This document shows positions 8,452 to 17,142 of a stretch of DNA of 32,000 bases, one piece after another. A model generated the notes under the pieces. It saw only the letters and a program-made list of their open reading frames with translations. It made no database searches and had not been told where the DNA came from. The stretch comes from Conchiformibius kuhniae DSM 17694 (GTDB lineage: Bacteria; Pseudomonadota; Gammaproteobacteria; Burkholderiales; Neisseriaceae), in the NCBI RefSeq assembly GCF_000428785.1, contig NZ_AUAP01000020.1, positions 1 to 32,000 on the forward strand, given 5' to 3'. Position 1 is the stretch's first letter. Every line of letters begins with the position of its first letter. The position numbers were made by a program, and so were the translations under genes.

Positions 8452-8682
8452 CTATTTGAGAACCCGGCGCATCAGCATCAGGGCAAAGATGGCAACAACA
8501 ATGCCGAGTACAATACCACCCACCGACAAAGCATCTGTTTTGGCTTCACCAAGTGATTGTGTTACTTCTGCCGGTACGGCTGCATGAACAGCAGCCATCA
8601 TTGACATCAAACCGCCACCAAAAGCAAGTTTGGTTTTGTTCATACGCGGGGCGTACTTTTTAGCAATATTCATGATTTTCAT
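8452..8682 (-). CDS. major coat protein (pVIII-like)
   Basis: 76 aa. A leader ends at ...MMAAVHA|AVPAEV, followed by an acidic or neutral N-terminus, a hydrophobic core (VGGIVLGIVVAIFALMLM) and a basic C-terminus (RRVLK). It sits after the ssDNA-binding candidate. Confidence 0.75.
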   Translation of the reverse strand: MKIMNIAKKYAPRMNKTKLAFGGGLMSMMAAVHAAVPAEVTQSLGEAKTDALSVGGIVLGIVVAIFALMLMRRVLK

Positions 8683-8766
8683 GATTCAGCTCCAAAAAAT
8701 GTTAATCAAATGGGCGACTGGATAAGGGGCTTTCTGCGCCGCCGCCCTTAACGCAAAACGGTTATA

Positions 8767-9081
8767 TCAATTCGGCTGTTGCAATTTGGGTGCGGGTTTG
8801 TCGTGTATCACGTCCAAACGGCTGACGACATTGATTTCATCATTGCCTTTCTTGGCTGCATACCATTCCACATCGACAGGAACGGGCAATTTGCCGCGCA
8901 GGTGTTCCAGTTTCTTGAAATCTTCATAAAGCCCGAATTCCAGTTCAAGCACATCAACGCCAAACTCTTTTTCCTGTTTGTCGTAAACGGGAATTTCAAT
9001 TTGAATGCGGGTGTAGTCGTACTCAATGCCGTTATCGGTTACACCTTTATTGCATTTGACTTTACGCAAAAACGTTCTCAT
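8767..9081 (-). CDS. putative ssDNA-binding protein (pV-like), assigned by position
   Basis: 104-aa soluble ORF between the replication module and the coat gene. The assignment rests on synteny and size only. Confidence 0.4.
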   Translation of the reverse strand: MRTFLRKVKCNKGVTDNGIEYDYTRIQIEIPVYDKQEKEFGVDVLELEFGLYEDFKKLEHLRGKLPVPVDVEWYAAKKGNDEINVVSRLDVIHDKPAPKLQQPN

Positions 9082-9101
9082 TACAGGTTTCCTTTGTTTC
9101 G

Positions 9102-9311
9102 CTACAACTTCATGTAGCAGGGTTGATAATTCTGTTCCATGCGGTACAACATGGCATCTTGTGCCAGTCGGTCAAAATAGCTCTGTCGCTTGTCGTCCTG
9201 CTCTTGACGATATAAGCCGTCCATATAATCTTTAACTGCCACATCAGGCTTGCCAAGCAGTTCGTGCAAATAGATAACATCTGCATGGTTGCAGTCGTAA
9301 CGGTCAGCCAT
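9102..9311 (-). CDS. small phage protein
   Basis: The ATG at 9311 overlaps the Rep TGA (TGATG), giving MADRYDCNHADVIYLHELL.... The ORF track's longer form starts at 9326. Confidence 0.45.
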   Translation of the reverse strand: MADRYDCNHADVIYLHELLGKPDVAVKDYMDGLYRQEQDDKRQSYFDRLAQDAMLYRMEQNYQPCYMKL

Positions 9312-10516
9312 CAGCCGCTTGGGCAATTTTTTTTACCGCCTTTAAGCAGTTTGACGATTTCGTGGTCTGCCAACCCGTATGCTTCGAGGGCATTAACCGT
9401 ACCTGATGCTTGCATGCTGGCGTAACGGACACAGTGTTCCAATCCGATTTCAATAAACTTTTTTGTGTACTCAACTTTTTTAGGAGTATGGGTATATTCG
9501 GCAAACAATGCCGCCAATGCGGGATATGCACCCGTCAGGTACTCGCCCGGATAGAGCAGGATTTCATGTGGAATAATGATTTCACGGTTACGGAGCTGCA
9601 ATTCCACCCGTACCCATGGGCTTGTGTAATCGCCCTGTTCACAACCTTTTTCATATACCCGCAAAAGCCGTGAGCTTTGCGGTGTGCCGACATAAAAGGT
9701 TTTGCCTGTGCGTTGGTCGTCCAACCAGTCGTAACCGTGTTTGCGTGCTCTCGGTCGGCGGTTATTGGCGGTATAACCACCACCCAGCCAGTCTTGATAG
9801 GCTTGGTCGGGGGTATAGCCGCCGTCTAAAAAATCGTGAGCAAGGTCGCAACGGGTAATCGTGGCATACGGTGCAAATGCACCCAGCCAGTTATACAAAC
9901 GGGTTTCCCAACCGTCTTTAGCGGCAGTCAAACCATCGCCGTAAAAGTAAATCATGACACTGCCTTTTTGGTTGGTACCGCCAAAGGCGACAACCCCGTA
10001 AGTGGCATTGTCCGTACCCATACGGTAGGAATGCTTGTAACCATTGATGCCATTGCGTTCTTCATAAATGCCAAAGCCCATCAGAGTATGTATGGTTTGC
10101 GAAATGATTTTGGCAAGTTCGGCTTTGGTTTCATCTGTATGGGTTTTGACTTCTTGGGCAAATACGTCCTCGCGCATGGTTAAGGTTAAAGTGTCAATAT
10201 GTGCTGCTGTACCAACACCCCGTCTTAACGGAATGCGTTTGACTTTGCCGCGTACCATAACGGTATGGCTGTAAGATTGACTGACCTGACCCGCGCAATC
10301 CGTTCCCCCCGTGTTACTAGCGGGGGCGGGCTGCGCGCCCGCACAAACTGCCGCCGCTTCGCGGCTGTCTGTTTGTGCGTCCGCTACGCCCTGCTCCTGC
10401 AATTGACGGACGCGGCGAACCGCATCGCGGCGGCGGCTGTAATCGTGGATATGGCAACCGTCTATGTAGAGCGCGTATTTGCCGCTCTCGGTTTTTACAA
10501 TTTCATAACCCATCAT
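9311..10516 (-). CDS. phage replication initiation protein (RstA / Rep_trans-like)
   Basis: Largest ORF of the early module. The HIDTLTLT-type strand and overall layout resemble rolling-circle initiators of CTXphi/Nf-type phages. Start placed at ATGATG 10516/10513, preceded by AAGGA. The ORF-track start at 10579 would overlap the upstream ORF by 77 nt. Confidence 0.7.
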   Translation of the reverse strand: MMGYEIVKTESGKYALYIDGCHIHDYSRRRDAVRRVRQLQEQGVADAQTDSREAAAVCAGAQPAPASNTGGTDCAGQVSQSYSHTVMVRGKVKRIPLRRGVGTAAHIDTLTLTMREDVFAQEVKTHTDETKAELAKIISQTIHTLMGFGIYEERNGINGYKHSYRMGTDNATYGVVAFGGTNQKGSVMIYFYGDGLTAAKDGWETRLYNWLGAFAPYATITRCDLAHDFLDGGYTPDQAYQDWLGGGYTANNRRPRARKHGYDWLDDQRTGKTFYVGTPQSSRLLRVYEKGCEQGDYTSPWVRVELQLRNREIIIPHEILLYPGEYLTGAYPALAALFAEYTHTPKKVEYTKKFIEIGLEHCVRYASMQASGTVNALEAYGLADHEIVKLLKGGKKNCPSG

Positions 10517-10745
10517 ACAGTCCTTTATTCTTGTCTTGCCAAATTGCATAGGCGTGTTCTTCATCAAGCGCGCGAACAATCACAAAATCATCACTCATAA
10601 ATGAAAACGGCTCTTCTTCTACATCTTGCACCGTTCCATCTGCGAATACGCGATATTCACTCATGATTTGGTCTTCTAACCAACGCTGCTCAAAACTCAA
10701 ATTCTCATCAATGGGATTCAGAACTTGTTCAGAAATTTCAGACAT
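10503..10745 (-). CDS. small acidic phage protein (first gene of the early operon)
   Basis: 80-aa ORF, strongly acidic (DVEEEPFSFMSDDF). It overlaps the Rep start by ~14 nt. Confidence 0.5.
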   Translation of the reverse strand: MSEISEQVLNPIDENLSFEQRWLEDQIMSEYRVFADGTVQDVEEEPFSFMSDDFVIVRALDEEHAYAIWQDKNKGLYDGL

Positions 10746-10829
10746 AACTAAAGCCCCTAAATTTAGTTAAATAAAGGGGCTTTAGAAAAATCAGATTGTT
10801 TTACAGCCCCTTAAACTTTGGGCTATCAT

Positions 10830-10875
10830 ATAAGGCGAGCCAACGCCGTATGGAAAATAAAGAATTTTAACTATA
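10830..10875. mobile_element. Right half of the interrupted Correia-like MITE
   Basis: ATAAGGCGAGCCAACGCCGTATGGAAAATAAAGAATTTTAACTATA matches the Correia right arm (CAAGGCGAGGCAACGCCGTACTGGTTTAAATTTAATCCACTATA). Joined to 1975-2041 it restores a ~113-bp element. Confidence 0.65.
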
Positions 10876-10887
10876 AAAAACATAATT

Positions 10888-11514
10888 TTATTTCAATCTG
10901 TGATAGCCGTGCAAATCCCATTGCCCGTAACGCAAAAAATGCGCCGTTTGCGCCGCCGCTTCCCTGTCCAACAGCAAACCCGTATGGCTGCACGGCAGAT
11001 GCAAAGGCAGGCTGCCTGAAAGCGCGGTTTCCGCCACCGCCACCGTGCCGTCATTCGGCTGCGCCAACACGCCGAGCCACCGCCCCGCGCCCCAGCCCGC
11101 CGTTCCCGCGATATTGCCCCACGCCCGTGCACGCGGCGGCACGCGTCCGTCCAAGCCCCAATCCCACGCCCGTCCCACCAATGCCGGACAATACCGCCGC
11201 ACCGCCGCCGCAGTCGCGCTGCCGCCGTGCGGCGTGCCGAGCGTAACCACCCGCGCTCCGTCCGTCAAATCGGGATAAATCTCCGCCAAATGCCGCAACA
11301 CCAGCCCGCCCAAGCTGTGCGCGACAAAATGGCAGGGCGCGAGTTGGTGCCGCAGCAGCCGTTGCGCCAAAGCGCGGGCGTGTTCGCGCGGATTGGCGCG
11401 GGTGGTGGCGTAACGGAAATACACGGGCGTAAAACCCTGTTTTTCCAAAAGTTTGCCGAGCGGACGCATCGCCCAATCGTTCATCAGCAAGCCGTGCAGC
11501 AAAATCACGTTCAC
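10888..11514 (-). CDS. alpha/beta-fold hydrolase (esterase/lipase-like)
   Basis: Nucleophile elbow AHSLGG, N-terminal ILLHG oxyanion region, and candidate Asp (NDGTV) and His (CSHTG). Its ATG overlaps the rnhB stop (ATGA). Confidence 0.75.
   Translation of the reverse strand: MNVILLHGLLMNDWAMRPLGKLLEKQGFTPVYFRYATTRANPREHARALAQRLLRHQLAPCHFVAHSLGGLVLRHLAEIYPDLTDGARVVTLGTPHGGSATAAAVRRYCPALVGRAWDWGLDGRVPPRARAWGNIAGTAGWGAGRWLGVLAQPNDGTVAVAETALSGSLPLHLPCSHTGLLLDREAAAQTAHFLRYGQWDLHGYHRLK
11009..11020 (+). repeat. DUS-dialect 12-mer AGGCTGCCTGAA (inside the hydrolase CDS)
   Basis: Exact 12-mer read in the sequence. Confidence 0.6.
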
Positions 11515-12110
11515 GCGCCGCGCTCCAACACCGCTTTCACCGGCGCGAAACTGCGGCGGTGTTCGGGCAATGCGCCGTGTTCGCGCAAAGCCGCCAAATG
11601 CGCCGCCGTGCCGTAGCCCTTGTGCCGTTCAAAACCGTAGTGCGGGAAACGTTCCGCCAGCGCATACATTTCCGCGTCCCGCGCCGTTTTTGCCAACACC
11701 GAAGCGGCGGCAATTTGGACAATACGCGCATCGCCGCCCACCACCGCTTCGGCGGCGCACGGCAGCGCATCGGGAATGCGGTTGCCGTCCACCCACACCT
11801 TTTCAGGCAGCCTGCCCAAGCCCGACACCGCACGGCGCATTGCCAACATCGTGGCGTGCAGAATGTTCAGCGTATCGATTTCGTCCACATTCGCCGATGC
11901 CACGCACCACGCGGCGGCACAACGCTTGATTTCGGCGGCGAAACGGTCGCGGCGGGCTTCGGAAAGTTTTTTGGAATCGGTCAAGCCCGCCAGTGCAAAA
12001 TCGGGCGGCAGCATCACGGCGGCAGCAAACACGCTGCCCGCCAAACAGCCGCGACCGGCTTCGTCCACGCCCGCATCGTGCCACGCCACTGCCTGCAAAA
12101 TTGCGCCCAT
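11511..12110 (-). CDS. rnhB: ribonuclease HII
   Basis: [20 protein letters not shown]...DSKKLS...[15 protein letters not shown] are RNase HII signatures. Start placed at ATG 12110 (MGAILQ...), with GGAGAA upstream. Confidence 0.9.
   Translation of the reverse strand: MGAILQAVAWHDAGVDEAGRGCLAGSVFAAAVMLPPDFALAGLTDSKKLSEARRDRFAAEIKRCAAAWCVASANVDEIDTLNILHATMLAMRRAVSGLGRLPEKVWVDGNRIPDALPCAAEAVVGGDARIVQIAAASVLAKTARDAEMYALAERFPHYGFERHKGYGTAAHLAALREHGALPEHRRSFAPVKAVLERGA
11802..11813 (-). repeat. DUS-dialect 12-mer AGGCTGCCTGAA (reverse orientation, inside rnhB)
   Basis: ttcaggcagcct read on the + strand. Confidence 0.6.
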
Positions 12111-12177
12111 CGTCTTTTCTCCGCAAAATTTTCCATTGTAGCGCAAACGGGGCAAAACCGCCGCAGATATAGAAAAA

Positions 12178-12471
12178 CTATCCACAGAACCTGTGGATAA
12201 GTCGTCTGAAAGGCATACTTAATCCCATGATTTTCATTGTAAAAACCTTTGTTGCTTAAAAAATAGGCAATCTAATATTTTCGGGCGGAAATGATGGGTT
12301 TGCAACCATCTGCACGGGTGCGCCCGTGTTTTTACAAGAATTTGTTTTTGCAAAAATAATGGAGAAAATTCAAAAACCGCCACAAATGCGGATAAAGAAA
12401 AAATGGCAATTTGCAAGGCTGTGGAAAAATCAAAACTATCCACAGGAATTGTGGATAAGTCCTGTGGATAA
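12178..12471. promoter_or_regulatory. DnaA-box cluster in an AT-rich intergenic region (candidate oriC or DnaA-regulatory locus)
   Basis: Three perfect TTATCCACA boxes (reverse complement at 12192-12200, 12450-12458 and 12463-12471). Two CTATCCACA boxes (12178-12186, 12436-12444). Two further one-mismatch boxes (12387-12395, 12420-12428). AT-rich tracts lie in between. Confidence 0.6.
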
Positions 12472-12550
12472 GTGGGTTAGAAAGTTGATTTTAAAAGGTG
12501 CGGGCTTGGTTGCTTAAAAAATAGGCAGTTTATAGCACGCGCTGCCGTTG

Positions 12551-12556
12551 TATAAT
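12551..12556 (+). promoter_or_regulatory. consensus -10 hexamer TATAAT upstream of dprA
   Basis: ttgTATAATgtcg lies 42 nt upstream of the dprA ATG. No good -35 is seen. Confidence 0.4.
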
Positions 12557-12597
12557 GTCGTTTTTTTGCGTCAGATATAGATTTTTCGGGAGGGACG

Positions 12598-13698
12598 ATG
12601 GACGAACGGGAGCGTTATGCGTGGTTGCAATTGGCATTGACGCCGTATGTGGGGGCGGAAAGTTTTTTGCGGCTGTTGCGCCATTACGGCTCGGCGTCGG
12701 CGGCGCTGGGGGCGGATGCGGACGAGGTGGCGCGGCTGGCGTGCAACGGCAAACAGGCGGCGAAGGGGTGGGCGCAGACCGATAAGGCGCGCGCCGCCGC
12801 CGATGCCGCGCTGGAATGGGCGCGGCAGTCGGGCTGCCGTTTGCTGTTGTTGTGCGATGACGATTATCCGCCTTTGCTCGGCGAGGGGCTGACGCCGCCG
12901 CCGTTGTTGTTTGTGCGCGGCGATGCGGGTTTGTTGGCGCGTCCGGCGGTGGCGGTGGTGGGCAGCCGTCATGCCACGCCGCAGGCGGTACGCATTGCGG
13001 GCGAGTTTGCCCAAGCCTTGAGCGGACGGGGCATTACGGTGGTGTCGGGCATGGCTTCGGGCATTGATGCGGCGGCGCACGGCGGGGCGTTGGACGGCAT
13101 CGGGCGCACGGTGGCGGTGTGGGGGACGGGCATCGACCGCGTGTATCCGCCCGCCAACCGCGCTTTGGCGCACCAAATTGCCGAACGGGGGGCGGTTGTG
13201 TCGGAATTTCCTTTGGGGACGAAGCCTGTGGCGGGCAATTTTCCGCGCCGCAACCGCATTATTGCGGCGTTGGCGCGGGCGGTGCTGGTGGTGGAAGCGG
13301 CGTTGGCGAGCGGTTCGCTGATTACGGCGCGTTTGGCGGCGGAAATGGGGCGGGAGGTGATGGCGGTACCCGGCTCGATTGACAATCCGCACAGCAAGGG
13401 CTGTCATCAGTTGATTAAGCAGGGGGCGAAGCTGACGGAAACCATTGACGACATCGTGCAGGAATGCCCCGCGCTGTCGGCGGCTGCCCCGCCCGTGCGT
13501 GCCGCGCCGCCGCCGCAACAACGCCCTGCCGAACCGCACGGCCCGCTGCTCGCCGCTTTGGGCTACGACCCTTTCCACCCCGATGCGCTGGCGGAACGTT
13601 TGGGCATGGCCGCCGATGAGGTGTACGCGCAATTGCTGGAGCTGGAGTTGTCGGGGCGGATTGCGGCGTTGTCGGGCGGGCGTTTTCAGCGCGTGTGA
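12598..13698 (+). CDS. dprA: DNA-processing protein A (DNA-protecting protein for transformation)
   Basis: VVSGMASGIDAAAHGGAL, GTGIDRVYPPANRALA, FPRRNRIIAALA and AVPGSIDNPHSKGCHQLIKQGAKL are DprA/Smf signatures. GGGAGGG RBS. Confidence 0.9.
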   Translation: MDERERYAWLQLALTPYVGAESFLRLLRHYGSASAALGADADEVARLACNGKQAAKGWAQTDKARAAADAALEWARQSGCRLLLLCDDDYPPLLGEGLTPPPLLFVRGDAGLLARPAVAVVGSRHATPQAVRIAGEFAQALSGRGITVVSGMASGIDAAAHGGALDGIGRTVAVWGTGIDRVYPPANRALAHQIAERGAVVSEFPLGTKPVAGNFPRRNRIIAALARAVLVVEAALASGSLITARLAAEMGREVMAVPGSIDNPHSKGCHQLIKQGAKLTETIDDIVQECPALSAAAPPVRAAPPPQQRPAEPHGPLLAALGYDPFHPDALAERLGMAADEVYAQLLELELSGRIAALSGGRFQRV

Positions 13699-16600
13699 GC
13701 CTTGTCGTCCTGTTCGCACAAGGCGGCAACGCAGTTTTGCAGGGGGGCGAACAGGTTTTCGGTCAGGTGGCGGAATGCGGGCAAACGGTAGGGCGGTTCG
13801 GCTTCGGGGTCGCGCCCGTACACCAAGCGCACTTCGGGGTAATCGGCTTGGGCGAAGCCGTGATAGCCGCCGTGATAGATTTTGGCGGCTTCGGCTTCGG
13901 CTGCCGCCCAGTCGGGCAGCTTGGCGGCGGCGCGAAGGCTCATGCGCGGGAAAAACGGCAAAGGCGCGTTTTGCCCCGCACGGTAGGCAGACAGCCACAC
14001 GTCCAAAGCGGCGCGGGCGGCGGCGGCATCGAGCGGCGGCAGGGCGACGGGCGCAGACAGGCTCACATAATGGCTGGCCTGCGCTTCATCCACCGCCGCA
14101 CAATAAATCAGGTGGTACAGCAGCAGCTCGATGCGGTCGGCAAACGACAGCCCCCCGTCTTGACGGTGCGGACGGGGCAAATCGTCGGCGGTCAGGATTT
14201 GTCCGGCTTGGCGGCAGTGCGGCAGACGGTATGCCAACGCGCCCGATGCGCCCGTCCACACCCCGCTTTGCTCGGGCAGGGGCGGGCTGTGCAGCAAAGT
14301 GCCGTCCAAAGCGGCGGTGCGGACGGCGTAGTCGCGGCGGGTCAGCTCGCCCAATTTGCCCGCAGGCATCAGGCTTTGCGCCGCCAATTCATCGGCAAGC
14401 CGGTCAAAATCGCGACCCTGCTCGCGGGCGCGGACGTAGGCGCTTTCCAGCAGGCGCGGTTGGGACGGCACAAACGGCTCGGCAGCGTCCCACGCCGCAT
14501 CGTGGCGCGGCGCTTGCCAGTCCAAACGGTTTTTCAGATAACTGCGGAGCGGATTGCGCCAAAAACGCACGAAATCGGCTTGGGCAACCGTGCCGTTGTC
14601 GGGTGTTTCACCGTCGTGGCAGGCATCGGCAAAGGCGGCGGCGGGCGCGGGCGTGCGGTTCAGGGCGTCGGCATAATCGCTGCGGCTGCCCGCCAAGCGC
14701 GGCGTGCCGTTGAAATAACGCGGCGAAAAGCCTTGCAAAGGGTGTTGCACCACCCAGTGCGGCAACAGCTCCGCCGTTGTGGTTCCGCCCAGTGCCGCCA
14801 CCGTGTCTGCCAGCTCGTAGAGCAGCACGGACGGCGCCAGCGCGTCGTTGGTGCGGATGCTGCGCCCCACATACGACAGATACAAAATCTCCCGCGCCCC
14901 GAGCAGGGCTTCCAAAAACAGGTAGCGGTCGTCATCGCGGCGGGCGCGGTCGCCTTTTTGCGGGTGCTTGGCAATCAGGTCAAACGGTACGGCTTTGGTG
15001 TTGCGCGGAAACTGACCGTCGTTCAAACCGAGCAGGCACACCGCTTTAAACGGCAGCGAACGCATCGGCACCATGCTGCAAAAGGTGATGCCGCCGCGCA
15101 AAAAGCCCGCATCGCTTTGGCTGCCGAGAAAACGGCGCATGTGGGCGCATGCCGTTTCAATCGCCACCGTTTGCCCGAAGTCCGCGCACGCCGCTTGTGC
15201 CGTCCAGTCGGAAAGCGCCTGTGCCAACTGCGCCGCCGCGTCGCCGTCTTCGGCAGACGCTTCGCACAAATCTTGTGCCAACACGCGCATGCGTTCCGCC
15301 CATTGCGCCACCGTTGCCGGCGTTTGCCACAAGCGGCGCGTGTCGGACAACAGGCGCACCAGCGCGGCAAAACGCGCCAGCACCGCCGTGTGGTCGGGTG
15401 CGGTGTGCCACGCGCTCATCTGATGCCACAAGCCGCCGTTTTCGGGCAAAGCCCAGCCCAACACCAGCCGCTCCAGCCCCTGCTGCCATGTGAACAGCCC
15501 GCCGCCGCCGCCGTGTTCGGCACGCTGTGCCGCGTCCGCGCCCCAGTGGATGTTCAAACGCGCCACCGTGTCGTGCAGCAGGGGCAGGTCTTCGCGCCCG
15601 ATGGCAAAACGCCGTTGCACCGCTTCGTTGTCCAAAAGCGGCAGCAGCTTGTCGGTTTCAAAACGCCCCGCCAACAGCGACAATGCCTGTTCCAAAGCAT
15701 ACAGCAGCGTTTGCCGCCGCGACAGGCGCACGTCCGAGAGCGAATACGGCAGCACGCGCCCGTCCGCACTGCCGCCGAACACCCCTTCCACAAACGGCGC
15801 ATACGGCGCAATGTCGGGCGTGAGGACGGCGATGTCGTGTGGCTGCCAGTCGCGGTGCGCGTCCAGCCACGCCAAAATGCGGTCTTTGAGTATCTGCAAC
15901 TCGCGCAACGGGCTGTGGGCGCTGTGGATTTCCACGCTCGGGTCGGCAGTGATTTGCGCCACCGCGCCTTGTGCGTGCGTGCCCCTTTGCGCCAACCACG
16001 CCCCGTGTTCCGCCAGCCACTGCGCCGAAGCATCGGCGGGCAAAATCTGCTGCTGAATGTGGTGTTGCAGCGTGTGCAGCAGCGCGGGCGATGCCGCTTC
16101 ATCGTCAAACACGGCATGGTCTGCCGCCAACGGCGCTTCTGCCAGCGCGTCAAAAAAATCCCGCCCCTGCTTGCCCAAGGATGCCAGCAAGGGGTGTCCC
16201 TGCCGCGACAAATCCGGCTCGCCCGCCTGCCGCAAAATCGTTTGCGCTTCCACCGCATCGCCCCAATAGCCCCTGCTCGGATTCAGGGCAAACACATACA
16301 CATCGGCGTGTTCGGCAACGTGCAGCAGCAATTGCAGGTACATCGGCGCAAGCGTGGCGATGCCGAACACCGACAAACGTTGCGGCAAACGTCCCGTTCC
16401 CAAACGCGCCAGCAGTTGCTGCCACAGCAACACGCGGTGCGGCTGCGTGCCGTCGTCCAACTGCCGCCAAAGCTGCGCCTGCCAAAGCTGGTCTTCGTGC
16501 AAACCCGCCACCGTGCGCCCTTCGCGCCATGCCTCAATCCAATCGGGACGGTACACCAAATAATGGTCGAACACGTCGGCAAGCTGCCCCGCCAACTGGT

Positions 16601-16985
16601 ACGCCGCAAACGCGCCGTTGCCCAAATACGGCTGCAACTGCCCGCGCAAAGCCGCAAACGCCGCATCTTCGGCAAACGCCGCCGAAGCAAACAGGCGCAT
16701 CAGCCGCCAACGCAGCACGTCGGGCGCAAACGGGCTCAATTCGGGCACGCCGTCCAAGTGTTCGCGCATCAGCCGCCACGTCCAGCCTGCGGGCAGGGCG
16801 AAGCGCAGATTCGCTGCCACACCGTGTTTGCGTGCCAAAAAATGCTCGAGATAACGGCGCATGCCCTGACTTTGCACCACGATTTCTTCCGCCGCCAAAG
16901 GGTTGTGCAAAGGGTCGTTTGCGGTAACCGCCGCCATCAGCTCGGCAAGGTATTCCAAACGGTTGGACTGATACAGGTGCAGCAT
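13686..16985 (-). CDS. recC: exodeoxyribonuclease V gamma subunit
   Basis: 1,099 aa starting MLHLYQSNRLEYLAELM (typical RecC N-terminus). Length and layout fit RecC. Start placed at ATG 16985. The 3' end overlaps the dprA 3' end by 13 bp (convergent). Confidence 0.88.
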   Translation of the reverse strand: MLHLYQSNRLEYLAELMAAVTANDPLHNPLAAEEIVVQSQGMRRYLEHFLARKHGVAANLRFALPAGWTWRLMREHLDGVPELSPFAPDVLRWRLMRLFASAAFAEDAAFAALRGQLQPYLGNGAFAAYQLAGQLADVFDHYLVYRPDWIEAWREGRTVAGLHEDQLWQAQLWRQLDDGTQPHRVLLWQQLLARLGTGRLPQRLSVFGIATLAPMYLQLLLHVAEHADVYVFALNPSRGYWGDAVEAQTILRQAGEPDLSRQGHPLLASLGKQGRDFFDALAEAPLAADHAVFDDEAASPALLHTLQHHIQQQILPADASAQWLAEHGAWLAQRGTHAQGAVAQITADPSVEIHSAHSPLRELQILKDRILAWLDAHRDWQPHDIAVLTPDIAPYAPFVEGVFGGSADGRVLPYSLSDVRLSRRQTLLYALEQALSLLAGRFETDKLLPLLDNEAVQRRFAIGREDLPLLHDTVARLNIHWGADAAQRAEHGGGGGLFTWQQGLERLVLGWALPENGGLWHQMSAWHTAPDHTAVLARFAALVRLLSDTRRLWQTPATVAQWAERMRVLAQDLCEASAEDGDAAAQLAQALSDWTAQAACADFGQTVAIETACAHMRRFLGSQSDAGFLRGGITFCSMVPMRSLPFKAVCLLGLNDGQFPRNTKAVPFDLIAKHPQKGDRARRDDDRYLFLEALLGAREILYLSYVGRSIRTNDALAPSVLLYELADTVAALGGTTTAELLPHWVVQHPLQGFSPRYFNGTPRLAGSRSDYADALNRTPAPAAAFADACHDGETPDNGTVAQADFVRFWRNPLRSYLKNRLDWQAPRHDAAWDAAEPFVPSQPRLLESAYVRAREQGRDFDRLADELAAQSLMPAGKLGELTRRDYAVRTAALDGTLLHSPPLPEQSGVWTGASGALAYRLPHCRQAGQILTADDLPRPHRQDGGLSFADRIELLLYHLIYCAAVDEAQASHYVSLSAPVALPPLDAAAARAALDVWLSAYRAGQNAPLPFFPRMSLRAAAKLPDWAAAEAEAAKIYHGGYHGFAQADYPEVRLVYGRDPEAEPPYRLPAFRHLTENLFAPLQNCVAALCEQDDKAHTR

Positions 16986-17142
16986 GGCGCTTTTCCAAAC
17001 AAGTGCAAACCGCGCATTATAATCCCGCCGCGTGCCGTTTTGCCGTTTGCTACAACGGGCGCGGATTTTGGCGGGATTTCTTGCCGCATCGGGCAAAGTT
17101 GCCGATAATACGCGCCAAAACCACATTATTACCGGAGCAAAA

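Noticed and set aside
12234-12443. 69-aa minus ORF and 63-aa plus ORF in the rnhB-dprA intergenic region
   Set aside because: They lie in AT-rich DNA packed with DnaA boxes, with no RBS and odd composition. A regulatory or origin function explains the region better.
12571-13998. 475-aa minus-strand ORF, Arg/Pro/Ala-rich, overlapping dprA
   Set aside because: It is a shadow ORF typical of high-GC DNA with a low-complexity composition. The opposite strand encodes an unmistakable DprA.
13695-17108. 1,137-aa plus-strand ORF antisense to recC
   Set aside because: Arg/Gln/Gly-rich with no motifs, whereas the minus-strand product has the RecC N-terminus and the correct length. It is an antisense open frame caused by GC-rich codon usage.
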